From assembly GCA_030390025.1 (NCBI GenBank), contig CM059429.1, forward strand, positions 32,488,001-32,552,000: DNA of 64,000 bases. Direction: 5' to 3'. This DNA is from Squalus acanthias (lineage: Eukaryota). Of this stretch, positions 1 to 12,589 are shown in pieces (position 1 is the stretch's first letter; each line of letters starts with the position of its first letter). Both the position numbers and the translations under genes were made by a program. The notes below the pieces were generated by a model. It saw only the letters and a program-made list of their open reading frames with translations, was not told the DNA's origin and ran no database searches.

Positions 1-1671
1 GATTATTATCTGGCATTCTTTTTCTATTTATTTTTAGCATTTGTATAGGTAAGGTTGCAGTAGTAATTAGCCATATCAAGGTATCAGACTGTTCAGAGCT
101 ACAATATCAGTTATCAAGTCTTTTATAATAATATCATTTATCATGATATTAATTTCCCCTCTTCATTGTCAGCTCTGCAGTTAATTCTAGTACATGAAAT
201 TATAGCCGATGAGAGTGGTTTGCTTTCTTCTCTTGCTGTCAGGTGGGACACACTATTTCGTTTTCGTGCAGTATTTCCCCTTAATCCTATCTTGATCCCA
301 CTTTACAATAGGCCTTTCCATAAATAACACATATATTGCTTTATAATACCATATTCATTGAATATAGAATGTCTCTTAGGATTTAGCACAAAGGTTTTTT
401 GTAAATTTAATGGCATCAAAGTAGAAAAATCATGTATATTCCGTAGTGGCAGTCACTGGGGCCAGTAATAACCTTTGAATTGAATAGATGATTAACTTTG
501 GCACTCAGTAGAACTTAAATGGCATGGTAGTTAGAAGCCTAGTTTTCACGTAAAGGTGGTTTAATCAGGCAGAGTCTATCATAGTTTGAGTTCCTTGCTA
601 TTTTCTGACATAAGCTACTTTTATTAAGAAGTCCAAATCAACTTCTTAAGCTTTATTTTAGTACACAGGAACTCAAATGCTAAATGGTTAAAACAAACAA
701 CCATCATCTTTTTGTGAGAAAATTGCAAATACTTGAGGACAAATGACATTTAGGACTTGTTAGATTTTCGACCAAAAAATAGTATGGTCCTACTCAATAA
801 ATCTTTAGATTGTAGGTTTCATGACTCTTGCACTAAACAGCCAAACATTTAACACATTCATATAGCATTCATCTGTCTGGTACTTAAGGGAGGGGTTAAC
901 CTATTTATTTTATTTTAAACAGATTATTAATATCTGAGAAACACATTCAGTATTCATCCACTAATATTGTCAACAGTGTTTGCTAGCCTTGTAACTGCAA
1001 TAAGACGTTAAGACTTATACCACAAAGGCCAAAATACTTCAGTCCTTTACTCTACGGGAAAGTGGAAAGTTATGATCCTTACAGTGCTTGCTATATTAGT
1101 TGTTCTAACCAAATAAAAGGCACCAGTCACAGCATTATTTGTGGCGTTGCTGTTTATTCAGTAGTGTAAGGGTTAATGGATTGAACTGAGGTGTTGCTCT
1201 CATTGTGGCATGTGGTAGAATCTCTTCTTTCCTGGACAAATGACAGTTTTATCTATAAAGTTGCTATAATTTATTATATTTATTATTAATTTGTTACATT
1301 TAGAGGTGAAACTAAAACTTATTTACTTGTTGCTCATGAAACACATACAAATTTGTACAATTTAATGATTCTTAATTCATGATTGGAATCAAAAAACCAT
1401 GTTTCTTAGCTTTGATAACCAATAACAAAACAGACAGCAACAGTTGTCTTTCTGTTCTGTTTTATGGGGCAATTGCACATCAGGCTTTGCCATATGCTCA
1501 ACAAATACGGATCCATATTAAATCAGGCCTAAGGCAAACTGAATTAATTTTTAATGTCAGTTATGGAAAGTATTTTGCATAAAAGTGGAAAGGTACATTA
1601 TTTATGTTTTGTTTTTGTAGTAGGTGAGAGGACACTTTTAATAACAATGAGAGTTTATTTTAAGTGTAACC

Positions 1672-2245
1672 ACTACAACAATAACTTTCATTTATATAGC
1701 ACCTTTAATGTAGTAAAACGTCCCAAGGCTCTTTACAGGAGCATAATCAGACAAAAAATTGACACAGAGCCAAAGAAGGAGACATTAGGACTGGTGACCA
1801 AACGCTTGGTCAAAAAGGTAGGTTTTAAAGAGTGTCTTAAAGGAGGAGAGCGAGGTGGAGAGGTGAAGAGGTTTGGGGAGGGAATTCCAGAGCTTAGGGC
1901 CTAGACTACTGAAGGCACGGCCGCCAATGGTGGGGCGAAGGAAGTGGGGGATGCACATGAACCTAGAATTAGAGAAACACAGAGTTCTCGGAGGGTTGTA
2001 GCAATAGAGGAGGTTACAGAGATAGGAAGGGGCGAGGCCATGGAGGAATTTCAACACAAGGATGAGAATTTTTAAATCACATGTGACAATGTAGGTCAAC
2101 AAGCACAGGGGTGATAGATTAATGGGACTTGGTGCGAGTTATGATACAGGCTACAGAGTTTTGGATGAGCTCAAGTTTTTGGAGGGTGGAAGATGGGAGG
2201 CTGGCTAGGAGAGCATTGGAATAGTCTAGTCTAGAGGTAACAAAC
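1672..2245 (-). mobile_element. L2 LINE 3' fragment
   Basis: Minus ORF 1785-2102 (KILILVLKFLHGLAPSYL...GGRAFSSLGPKLWNSLP) is the L2 ORF2 C-terminus; (CAA)n-like tail at 1672; homologous to the L2 copy at 36135-37943. Confidence 0.9.
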
Positions 2246-2293
2246 ACCACTGGTCTACATTTCAGTCTTTTTGAACCTTATTAATGAAAATTG

Positions 2294-2712
2294 AAGAACT
2301 TGCATTTATATAGCACCTTCCACATACTCAGAACATCCCAAAGTGCTTCATAGCCAATTTATTCATTTTAAAATGTAATTATTATTGTTATGTAGGCATA
2401 CATGGCAGCCAATATGCTCACAAGGTGATCCTATAAACAGAAAATTAGATAAATCTGTTTTGATGATGTTGGTTGAGGGATAAATATTGGCCAGGACATC
2501 AAGAGAACTCTACTCCAATTAGTGCTATAAGATCTTTTACGTGCATCTGAACTGGCAAATGTGGCCTTAGTTTAAAGATGGCACCTCCAGCCACATAGCA
2601 CTGTCTCCATACGGTACTGATATAAATCTAGATTATGTGCTTAAAACCTGGAATGGTGCTCAAACCTGTGTCCTTCTTACTCAAAGGCTAGAGTCCTATT
2701 ACTGAGCTGACA
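2294..2712 (-). mobile_element. Deu-domain tRNA-derived SINE (SacSINE1-like), degenerate
   Basis: Reverse-complement similarity along its length to the SINE at 6094-6556, including the L2-type tail (cttgcatttatatagc). Confidence 0.8.
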
Positions 2713-4540
2713 GATAGATTTTAAAGGTGGCTTAATGGCACGCCTTACTGATATACCAACATGCCACCTTATGGAGTCCTTACACATAGGTTCATGCCCA
2801 AGAGTACCCCACATTGTAATCTTCTTTGTGACTGCACGATCAAGTGTGACATATTGAGTGGATGCTAGGTGTTTCCAATAGGAGCGGAGGGAAAATTAGT
2901 GCCCAGAATTACCGTGTTACTTTATAGTACTTAATTTTGGCCTATTACAAATGACCATCGGCAAAGGGGCGGAAGTGGTGCATATCATGGGAGCAGGAAT
3001 GGAACTTTGAATGTTAAAATGTTATTAAGAGAGGTTGCACTCGGGGGTTTGAAAAAAAAAATAAGGTTTTACTGCAGTAACAAGTAGAATCCATGTTTTA
3101 ATTTTGCTTCTAGAAAGACTTGGACAACACACACATGTATGTTTTTAAACATATAAAATAAAGTTTAGAATTAATTTCATTCTGAACTAAATACTATCTA
3201 CTAAATCTTTAACCAAGTTCCATTCTCAGCCTATGATGATTTTTTTAATGAAATCTCAAAATTTGATGAAAATACGACTTGAATTAAATATTCCTGTAGT
3301 AAAACCAGGAGTGCAAACCCTTGTTAACAGTTGATTATTTGCTAATATTACTGGGTGAATCTGGGATTTGGGGTGTCAGTCTAACTGATTTATAATCCAT
3401 TAACCTTGTTAGTCTATCTCAATTTGCAATCTGACAAATGTAATTAGATTACTGAGACAACACTGTGGTATGATATATTGCAATTTGTGTCAAATGAAGA
3501 CTTTTCCTTAAAATCAGAGCTCAGGAATGCACTGAAGCTTGTAATGATTCATTCTGCCAAATACTGTAAAATCTGGATTATAAATGACTAATTGCTCTCC
3601 TATTTCTGTGGTTATTGTAAATTGTGACAAAGTAATAGTTAGAAACCATAAATGGATATGAAAGCATGATTTACATATTGGATTTTTCTAGTGCATGAAA
3701 GTTCTAGGGCAATACATTTTTAATACTCTCCTATTGTATTTTTCTCAACACCACTCAACCTCCTTCAGCCATCAGGATTGTCCAGACTATGACTGTTTTC
3801 ACTACTGTTGTCCTCCCTACAGCAATAGCAGCCGGCAGGATCAAAATGCAATTCTGGGTAAGGGGCTTGTTTCCATATAAACCTCCATCTAGTGGTTCTG
3901 GCAAGAAGTGATGACCCCCACCCACCCCTATGAAACTAGTGCTTTTGAGTGAAAGGCAGCTCAGGGATTTGGACCTATGACCTTCTGGTTGATAGAAAAT
4001 GCTCTAGTGTGTGTACTGCTGGGCAGACTTAGGAGAGGTTTAAAGGGGTTAACGGGGTTTTCTGGCTTTGATGAGCGATTGATGAGACACTAAAATAGAA
4101 ATGCATTTTTTTCTCAGCACTCAGAGTATCTAAGCTCTAAAACAAAGAAATATTGGCAGGGTTTGGAAGAATCTTCCAGGTGGGTGTAGTTAGTGTGGCG
4201 ACATTCTTTAACTGTTTGGATTAATGAACACTGAGGAATCCTCTCTGCTGGCTGTTGTTAAGCACCTTGCAACTGAGGGGTAATGTGCAATGGATTGTCT
4301 TAATCTTTCTTTTTTTCAAAGAAATAGAATAAGCCAGACTAAAATGTCAGACACTATCAATCAAACACTAATCAGTTAAAAAGAACCTGACACTAACTTT
4401 ATATCTAATTACTTTTCCAGTATGTTTCTAATTGATAAAAAAAAATGGAATTATTTGGTAGTGAGGACAATCTCAGCTACTGACAGCTGCTAGTCAGAAG
4501 GGCTGCAGCCATTGTTTTTCGTGTCCTCCTTTTGTTTGCT

Positions 4541-4555
4541 GCCACCATCTTGTGG
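4541..4555 (-). promoter_or_regulatory. Candidate CTCF site
   Basis: Minus strand CCACAAGATGGTGGC resembles the CTCF core CCASYAGRKGGCRSY (2 mismatches), in unique sequence; motif match only. Confidence 0.3.
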
Positions 4556-4879
4556 AAAAGAAGAGAATAAATACTGAGGTTAATTCTCATTTCCTCTGAG
4601 TTCAGACAGGAAATGATTGTTGCCCTGGAGCTAGATTGGATTGATAATCGCGGAGAAGGAGAGGGAGGAAGCAAACCTGCGAGTCACACAGATAAACACC
4701 TGCACCTATGAACACCTCAGACCACACAGAGAGAACCAAATCCTTGTTTCCTTTAATTTAATATTTGCTAGTCATTATTTGATGGAAAACAAATTAAGGG
4801 TAAAACCAATTCTAATTTTGAGCTTTGCTTGAATGATAGTGATGCAACAACATAGTCAGCATTCAGTAGCTTAGCTTAA

Positions 4880-4980
4880 TGTGTGAGTTTAGACTATGTG
4901 TGTGCCAGCAGACTATTTGATAGTGAGGGTACCACAACTGAGCCCAAGCCTATCCTCAGATGACATCCACACGTACACAT
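4880..4980 (-). mobile_element. AmnSINE2-like ancient SINE fragment
   Basis: Reverse complement resembles 59380-59460 and 27750-27828 (gtgaggacaggatc...aatagcctgctgacact). Confidence 0.5.
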
Positions 4981-5870
4981 GAGGAGGTGAGCTAGCTATC
5001 AGGCTCTGTCATACACTGTGTTTATCAATTGACCCAGGACATGGAGGAAAGTGCAGCCCAGGAGAGTAGAGGCATAGGTGATGGCCTTGCTCTCCCACCA
5101 GCTCAGTTGGTAAAGGCAATGATAATATGAGTAAAAACTTGTGTAATGCTAGTAAAAGGCAGTAGGGCAATTCACCTGTGTTTATTGCAGGTCTAAGGAT
5201 TTTTGCCCATCCAAAATGGATTAATGAGCTTTGGCAAAATGCTGTGCTGATTTTTCTTGTTAAGATCATTAATTATGAATTGTGCAGAATTACAGAGGCT
5301 AATCAAAAGTGAGTATTTAACTCCACTTCAGTCCCAGCATTAGTGAACTTAATGAAGGAGAGTTTTTTTTGAGAATCACAGCAGTGAGAGAAATGAGTTA
5401 TACAGAGGAACTGTCTATCAGAGAGCATGAGTGTGGTGGCCATTGCCCAGGAGAGCAGAGGCATAGGAGCAATGGGTTTTATGCCAATCAATGAGTCTAT
5501 TGCAACAGAGTTTAGCTGAGTATTATGGAGGAACAGTGCATGAGTAGGATTAGGCTTTGTATGGAGTGAGTTATGCCATCTGTTCCATGATGTTCTGAAG
5601 GGACAGTCAACCATGAACACTGCATTGCCCATGGCAGTGAAGGTCGTCACTATCTACAACTTTTATGCCAAATACCCAAATGGGTCATCTCAAGAATCAA
5701 TCACTTTAACCATTACAATACAATACATTAAGGAAGTAACTGAAGCCCTGTGTCATCATGCATTGAGCTATATGCACTTCAACGACCAACAGCAGCAGAA
5801 ATAGCACTTTTTTCCTAAAATTCTGGCTTCCCCAAAGTATAGTGCATCTTTGACTATACATGTATAACTA

Positions 5871-5950
5871 CCATGCTGGGGACCACGTGATCATTCTGGG
5901 GACCATGTGACCATCCTGGCCCATGCATGGCATGCTGGGAGTTGTAGTCC
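5871..5950 (-). promoter_or_regulatory. ZNF143/THAP11 (SBS) motif preceded by 20-bp repeats with E-boxes
   Basis: 5929-5950 reverse complement = GGACTACAACTCCCAGCATGCC; upstream units ccatgctggggaccacgtga / tcattctggggaccatgtga / ccatcctggc. Confidence 0.55.
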
Positions 5951-5984
5951 GGAGTTGGGAGGGGGCAATATAGGATCAGAAGTC

Positions 5985-6621
5985 CCATTACCATCTCCTT
6001 TTGCCTCGCACCATTATCCCTTTTGTCATTCAATCTCTCCTGCCTTCCACCCTATCACAGACCATCCCTTTTGTTCTTTCCTCCCCTCCACAATGTCAGC
6101 CATGATGGGTAGCACTCTCGCCTCTGAGTCAGAAGGTTGTGGGTTTGAGTTCCGCTCCAGCGATTTGAGCATAAAAATCAAGGCTGACACTCCCAGTGCA
6201 GTACTGAGGGAGTACTGCACTGTCGGAGGTGCCGTCTTTTGGATGAGATGTTAAACCGAGGCCCCGTCTGCTCTCTCATGTGGACATAAAAATTCCCATA
6301 GCACTATTTCGAAGAAGAGCAGGGGCGTTCTCCCCGGTGTCCTGCCCAATATTTATCCCTCAACCAACATCACTAAAACAGATTATCTGGTCATTATCAC
6401 ATTGCTGTTTGTGGGAGCTTGCTGTGCGCAAATTGGCTGCCACATTTCCTACATTACAACAGTGACTACACTTCAAAAGTACTTCATTGGCTGTAAAGCA
6501 CTTTGGGACGTCCTGAGGTCGTGAAAAGCGCTATATAAATGCAAGTCTTTTTTTCTTTTCCCCCCCTTTCCCTGCCTCTGTATTTGCTTAAAACCTGTTA
6601 AATCTCTAACTTTTTCCAGTT
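5985..6621 (+). mobile_element. Penelope-like element 3' region/pLTR, split by a SINE
   Basis: 5985-6093 and 6560-6621 are colinear with 49445-49582, which follows a GIY-YIG domain; ends ...ttttccagtt just before the hammerhead core. Confidence 0.8.
6094..6556 (+). mobile_element. Deu-domain tRNA-derived SINE (SacSINE1-like), near full length
   Basis: tRNA-like head (gggtagcactctcg...gggtttgagttcc), internal palindrome agtgcagtact-gaggg-agtactgcact, Deu-type core (tgtcggaggtgccgtc...gatgagatgttaaaccgagg), 3' end gcgctatataaatgcaagt shared with L2. Confidence 0.85.
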
Positions 6622-6625
6622 TCCG

Positions 6626-7003
6626 GGAGATTTGATAGAGGTGTTCAAAATCATGAGGGGTCTGGACTGAGTAGATAGAGAGAAACTGTTCCTATTGCCA
6701 GAAGGGTCAAGAACCAGAGGACACAGATTTCAGGTGATTGGCAGAAGAACCAAAGGTGACATGAGGAAGAACTTTTTTACGCAGCGAGTGATTATGATCT
6801 GGAATGCACTGCCTGAAAGGGTGGTGGAGGCAGACTCAATCATGACTTTCAAAAGGGAATAGGATAAGTACCTGAAGGAAAAAATTTGCAGGGCTACGGG
6901 GAAAGGGCGGGAGAGTGGGACTTGCTGAAGTGCTCTTGCAGAGAGCTGGCACAGGCTCGATGGGCCGAATGGCCTCCTTCTCTGCTGTAATGATTCTATG
7001 ATT
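6626..7003 (+). mobile_element. CR1 LINE 3' fragment
   Basis: GDLIEVFKIMRG...FFTQRV..IWNALP; (ATTCTATG) tail; homologous to 49583-49980. Confidence 0.9.
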
Positions 7004-7146
7004 ATATTTGTGCATCCATAATCTGATGTCATCCCTAATTAGGAAGGGTTATTTTTCCATCTACATGGAAATGCTATGTTAGTCCTGCCACAAAATAATG
7101 CACCTCAAAACGTGTTTTTTTTTGGTAGGGTGGGGGTGGGGGTTAA

Positions 7147-7460
7147 TGCATGTATTCATTCTGAAGCAATGGGATGTGATACAGCACTTTTAAAGAAAGA
7201 TGGATATCTGGCTTCCATGAGAAATGGGAGCACGGTCAACCATGTTTGATAACACCTATCCACAACCATTCTATCCAGCAGAAAATAAAAACAATGAGGC
7301 ACATGGGGAAACCAAGGCCTTCACTGAGTAGACATTTGGTGTGCTAAAGCAGTGCTTTAGTTGCTCGAATTGGTTATATAGGGCCGTACAATATGCCCTA
7401 GAGTACGTCTGCAAAATTTGTGCAGTTTAATGCATGCTACACAAATTTGCCATTAACAGA
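7147..7460 (+). pseudogene. Degenerate PIF/Harbinger (HARBI1-like) DDE transposase C-terminal relic
   Basis: Manual translation LITPIHN/YPAENKNNEAHGETKAFTE*TFGVLKQCFSC...VQYALEYVCKI..*CMLHKFAI matches the Harbinger pattern LMTP..YN.AH..TR..IERTFG.LK.RF.CL...LQY.P..VC.I..C.LHN; contains stops and a frameshift, so it is absent from the ORF track. Confidence 0.75.
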
Positions 7461-8786
7461 AGCCCCATAATAAGGAGCCACTACCAGCTATGAAAGATCA
7501 GGAGTATTATGTTGTGCAGCAGCCACCAGCAGTAGACTTGCCACTGAGGTAGGGAAACAGGTGTGTAAGAATAGCATTGTTTTCCACTGAGGTCTACAAT
7601 TGGGTATGATTACTTTCCTTTGTACATATTAACAATTACAGCATTTCTAGTTGCTTACTTTTTTTTTTGCAGAGAACTGCATATGTTTTGTCATGTTTTC
7701 TTTGGGACAACTCATGTTATTTTCTGCACAGTGTAAGAATGACAGTCTAAGATATATTAAAATGAATTAGTTTTATTAAGTTGTCCAATACTATTTGTGT
7801 ACATATTTAATATGTTTACCTCTTGAACTTTTCCTTGTTTCTTCTAAATTTCTTCACGTTGGTTGTGATGTCCCCTACTAGTACATGCACTCCCACTTAA
7901 AGTAATAACATTAGTTGGGGTAGTATAGCCAATGGGCAAGCTCATACATGCCACCATCAGCCTTTTAAACTGATATCAACCTTTCAATCCATGTGCCAGC
8001 ATTTTACAAGAAAAATCCACTTTTTTTCACTGGCATTGGAAGTTGTCAGTTCAATCAATTAGCTCATTTGGATGTTGGGATTGGAGCCTATCAGCACCAG
8101 ACAGGTTGGAGGGTGGGACTGGAATCAATCAGCTGTCACTTTCTCTCATTGTTGAATACAAACTTGGTTTCTGAGAGACCCAGTTATGGGGTGTTTATTA
8201 GTGTTCGTCCCTAAAGAAGCTACGTATAAACTAAAAACTACTAAAATGCAGTTTCTAAAAACGTTTCTGGGGCATGCTGTCTCATGTCAAGGTTTCTGTT
8301 CTTCAATGCTGGTTGTCGCTATATTTTTAAGATAAGGTGGATGTTCCCTGGTGTAAATGGCCATGAAGTGGCTTTATTTGACAATTCCTGTTACTGTATT
8401 TGCCAAAGTTTGGAAATATAATAAGGAGTGGGTTTGGAATGCTGATGCATTTTATGTAATTAAAAAATATACTGAGATTCACCCTCAGAGTTACAGAAGG
8501 CTCCAAAATGCCAAATCAAGTGACAAAAATTTAAAATTGTTCGGGGGGTGGGGGCAGGCACGGGAGGATGACCCCCCATAGAAGATAAAACCCTGATGAA
8601 CCTGCATCAGTGCCTAGCATCTCCTTTTCTGTAGTTACCGGGGGGCTTATTCTTTCAATAGCCTTCATTGTAAATCAGACCAACTAAGGTCTGTGTTCCT
8701 ATACAACTCAGGAAGGGAATTCAGAATGCTGGACCTGTGGCCTAACTCATCTGGTTTTTTTTAGCAACCACCACCACTAGAAATAA

Positions 8787-9210
8787 TGAACTTGCATTAT
8801 AAAGTGCCTTTTATGACCTCAGGATGTCCCAAAGTACATTTGCAGTGTAGTGACTGTTGTAATGTAAGGAAATGCAAACAGCCAATTGGAACACAGCAAT
8901 GAGATAAATAAACAGACAAACTGTTTCAGTGGTGTTGGTTGAGGGATAAATGTTGACCAGGATACCAGGAAATCTCCCCCATTCTTCTTTGAATAGTATG
9001 GTGAGATCCTTTACATCCTCCTGAGAGGACAGATGAAGCCTTGGTTTAATGTCTCATTTCAAAGATGGCACCTCCGACACTACAGTACTCCTTCACCACT
9101 ACGTTGAAGTGATAGCCTAGATTATATGCTCAAGTCTCTGGAGTGGGGTTTGAATCCATGAACTTCTGACTCAGAGGTGAGAGTGCTACCACTGAGCCAA
9201 GACTGACACC
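8787..9210 (-). mobile_element. Deu-domain SINE (SacSINE1-like)
   Basis: Reverse-complement copy of 6094-6556, from tail (gaacttgcattataaagtgcc) to head (gagtgctaccactgagcc). Confidence 0.85.
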
Positions 9211-9624
9211 TGCATTGTCATTACCACTGATCTGTTTAGGTTTTGTATTGTTATTACACACACGGATGGACTCGGACATATAATGTATCATGAATATGTG
9301 ATTTATACCAGTAGTTCTGTGCGCTCCTCCAATTTCCACAGTCTCAATGTCTTCCAAGCTCTTCCCTGCTGAATAAAATAGATTTTTGCTTCCTCCTAAG
9401 TAGTTAGTTTCTTCTCAAACACTTGTTTCACACTATGCCTCCAGTTTTGTGCAAGTGTTTGCTCTTAAACATAAGAACAGGGGTGATTGGAACAGGGTGA
9501 CTTGGCTCATGGAAATTCCTTCCTGAAGTATATTTTCTTTCCCATCATAGCATATATAATGTAACTTGCAGAATTTTGCTATTTTCATGTCTTCTACATT
9601 ATCTGCTACAACCTACAATACACT

Positions 9625-10468
9625 GGGCTGGATTTTACTTACCGAGACGAGTTGGGGGCGGGACTGCTGCCTTCCAGGTTCTAGTCCCGCTCCCAGCGAC
9701 GTCCGATGCACAGATGCTATTTTCCCTTGATTGGCCTTGTTAAGCCCACCCTGCGGGCTTTCTGGCCAATTAAGGGAAAGCCGGTGTCAGATGACATCAG
9801 TTGATGACGCTTCATCTGCCGGTTTTCTTAAAGGGACATGAAACATTTATTTTTGACAGTGTTTGACAGCGTTGAGGTGCTGTCAAACACTGACAATCAC
9901 TGTACAAAGGTGAGCCCTTGTACCTAGGCTCTCCAATGACTCTCTGCTTAGGATAAAACAGATGGCAGCTGCAGGTGAGGGTACAGAAGCGATCTGTCAC
10001 TTCTCCCAATGAGGTGAGGCCACACAAACACTTCAGAGCTTGTCACCTACAGAAAAATCTAAACACATTAAAAATGACTTTCCCAACATTTCCTTACCTC
10101 TGATACTCACCAGTGTCCCATTACATCCTTCACACCACTCCTGCAGCTGTCATCTATACACAAACATTACAACAGACCCACAGCACGCCTCACTTACCCT
10201 GGCAGGGTTCCCCGACATCAGGAAACCCGCAGCAGAAGTCGCAAAATGGGAAAAAGCCTCTTAACTACCTGTTAACAGGCAGTTAAGTGGCTATAATCCT
10301 CTTCCCGTCGCTAGGAGTCGGGTCCCTGCGCAAATGGGGGACCCGACCCTCGGGAAGATTGGCTGGAGGCGGGTTGGGAGCGGGTTTGGGACCCGCTCCC
10401 ATTCTTTTTGATTTTCCCAGCAGTCCCGCCTCCAACCCTGCCTCCTCGGGGCTGGTAAAATCCAGCCC
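9625..10468. mobile_element. Harbinger-type non-autonomous element (MITE), 844 bp
   Basis: TIRs GGGCTGGATTTTAC / GTAAAATCCAGCCC, 3-bp TSD ACT on both sides; related to 24288-25130. Confidence 0.9.
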
Positions 10469-10770
10469 ACTGTGTCAGTTTAAATTTTTTTGATATATTT
10501 GAACTATTATTAGTAATAGTCACACTTTACTTTTGTCCTCTTTAAGGTGTTCAACTTATTTCGGACCTTCGGTCAGGTCTTCTGAATAAATATTCCTTTC
10601 AGCAAAAACTGCCACACTTGTGGCTCCTTAGCATATTTTGAAACTGTTCGACTCCTCCCCTCCAAAAAGTCCATGACAGTTGTTACCAGTATGTATTGGG
10701 TCATTTGACCGTTTCTAAATTGTTGTTGCGCCAGTATCCACAAATATTGTGTGCTCCACAGCTGTAGAAA

Positions 10771-10820
10771 TGGGGTGGGGTGGGGTGGGGTGGGGTGGGG
10801 TGGGGTGGGGTGGGGGGGGG
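10771..10820 (+). repeat. (TGGGG)n microsatellite, G-quadruplex-forming potential
   Basis: Eight TGGGG units followed by a G run. Confidence 0.9.
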
Positions 10821-10966
10821 AAATTTCACCTTCACCACTTGGGCAGTAAACTGGTGGAGCAGATCGATGCCCATTATAATGGAAGTGAAAATGGGGCCTG
10901 TTCTATAACGGGTGTTGATCTGCTCCACCAGTTTACTGCCCAAGCGGTGAGGGTGAAAATTACCCC
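10816..10966. mobile_element. Short fold-back MITE
   Basis: ~60-bp near-perfect inverted arms (cttgggcagtaaactggtggagcagatc / gatctgctccaccagtttactgcccaag) with GGGG...CCCC termini. Confidence 0.8.
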
Positions 10967-11367
10967 ATTAACTTACTGACATTTATATCAATTAACTGGT
11001 TTGTCACCCGCTTGACAAGTGTTAAAGAGTTGTTATTAAAGATACTCATTACATTGAAATTAATTGCTAGCTTTTCAGGGTCTGGGTTAAAATTGCATTC
11101 TTAGGAAGCCTGTGTTTCAAAACTGTATTTTGCAATGACTTTTGTGAGTGGTATAAGCATCTCACAGGCAGAGTGTTTTGCTTCATGGGAAGAAAACCTG
11201 ACCAAAGTGCAATTTTGGATTCTATTGGCCGTCACAATGTTGTTTGTGAATCTTGTAAAGATGTCTTTGGCCTGGACCTTCCTGTCCATAGGAAAGTGTT
11301 ATGAGCTGAGAGGAGAAAATTGAAACCCAAAAACAGGAAAAGGAATCAAAAATAACAAGACACGATG

Positions 11368-11526
11368 GAGGTAATTTTAACTGAAATGCCGGATACCGGA
11401 CCAGCTACTTCTCCCGATTTTCCTTTCCATTGTCTTTAATAGAAAGGAAATTGCGGAAAGGTGTATACCGGGCGGCGAGTCTGATATCCCCCATTTTACG
11501 TTATCGCCAAAAGTTAAAATTAATCT
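11368..11526. mobile_element. Degenerate short MITE
   Basis: Termini aggtaattttaact / agttaaaattaatct; central palindrome ttcctttccattgtctttaatagaaaggaa. Confidence 0.6.
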
Positions 11527-11996
11527 GGCTAGTTTGTAAGGGATATTTTTTCATAATTTTTACAAAAGTGAGTAATGTAAAGCATTACTTAATATACTTA
11601 AAAAAAAATACAAAAATACTTACATAAGAACATGTTCTGCTTACAGAACAACGTTTTTTTTTCTTGACAGCTTGAGCTTCTCCAAAGAGGAATTAACCAT
11701 GGTACAGAGAGTGTAATTATAATTGAAGTGCTGTAATCTTTCCATGGCAATTTATTCTGCACCAGGCTTTCTTAAAACTAGTATTTATTTTTCCTTTTAC
11801 ATCGTTCTTCATATGCCTGGCACCCTCCCCTAATAAGAAGCATGGGGAGGGCACTGCAGCCTTCTGGATACCTTTGGGATTAGGCCTAAATTATATTTTC
11901 TGTTGTCTCCATAATCTACTGATCGAGCTGAGCAGTTGTTCAAAGTGAGCACCAATGCATTTGGTGAGTTGAGTGTTAGGTCTCAGTAGTGAATTA

Positions 11997-12331
11997 ACAA
12001 CAACAACTTGCATTTATATAGCACCTTTAACATAGAAAAACACCCCAAGATGCTTCACAGAAGTGTTATCAAATAAAATTTGACACTGAGCTGCATAAGG
12101 AGATATTAGGACAGGAAAGAGGTAAGTTTTAAGGAGTGTCTTAAAGGAGCAGAGAGGGGTAGAGGAGCGGAGAGGCTTAGGGAGGGAATTCCAGAGCCCA
12201 GGGCCCAAGCAGGTGAAGGCATGGTCACCAAAGGTGGGGCGATTAAAATCAGGGATGTGCAAGAGTTGGAAGATCGCAGAGATCTTGGAGGGTTGTCGGG
12301 CTGGAGGAGATTCCAGAGATAAGCAGGGCCT
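11997..12331 (-). mobile_element. L2 LINE 3' fragment
   Basis: (CAA)n tail; HIPDFNRPTFGDHAFTCLGPGLWNSLPKP. Confidence 0.9.
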
Positions 12332-12519
12332 AGTGCCTGAAAGGGTGGTGGAGGCAGACTCAATCACGGCTTTCAAAAGGGAGTTGGATAAGTACCTGAA
12401 GGAAAAAAATTTGCAGGGCTACAGGGAAAGGGCGGGGGAGTGGGACTAGCTGAAGTGCTCTTGCAGAGAGCCGGCACGGGCGTGACGGGCCGAATGGCTG
12501 TAACCATTCTATGATTCTA
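12332..12519 (+). mobile_element. CR1 LINE 3' tail
   Basis: PERVVEADSITAFKRELDKYL; ends attctatgattcta. Confidence 0.9.
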
Positions 12520-12589
12520 GTGTCATTATCCAGAAAGAGCATAAGGAAATGCTAACAATGGATGAGTATTGTTGTCCCAGTTATATACA

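Noticed and set aside
890-5230. Recurrent GGGTTAA/GGTTAATGGATT motifs and a partial inverted match 3373/4370
   Set aside because: Short, irregularly spaced and gapped; not distinguishable from chance without statistics
6094-6170. tRNA gene
   Set aside because: tRNA-like SINE head continuing into the SINE body; no complete cloverleaf (same for 56955)
10701-10979. Pro- and Gly/Trp-rich ORFs with self-similarity
   Set aside because: Artefacts of the (TGGGG)n repeat and the palindromic MITE
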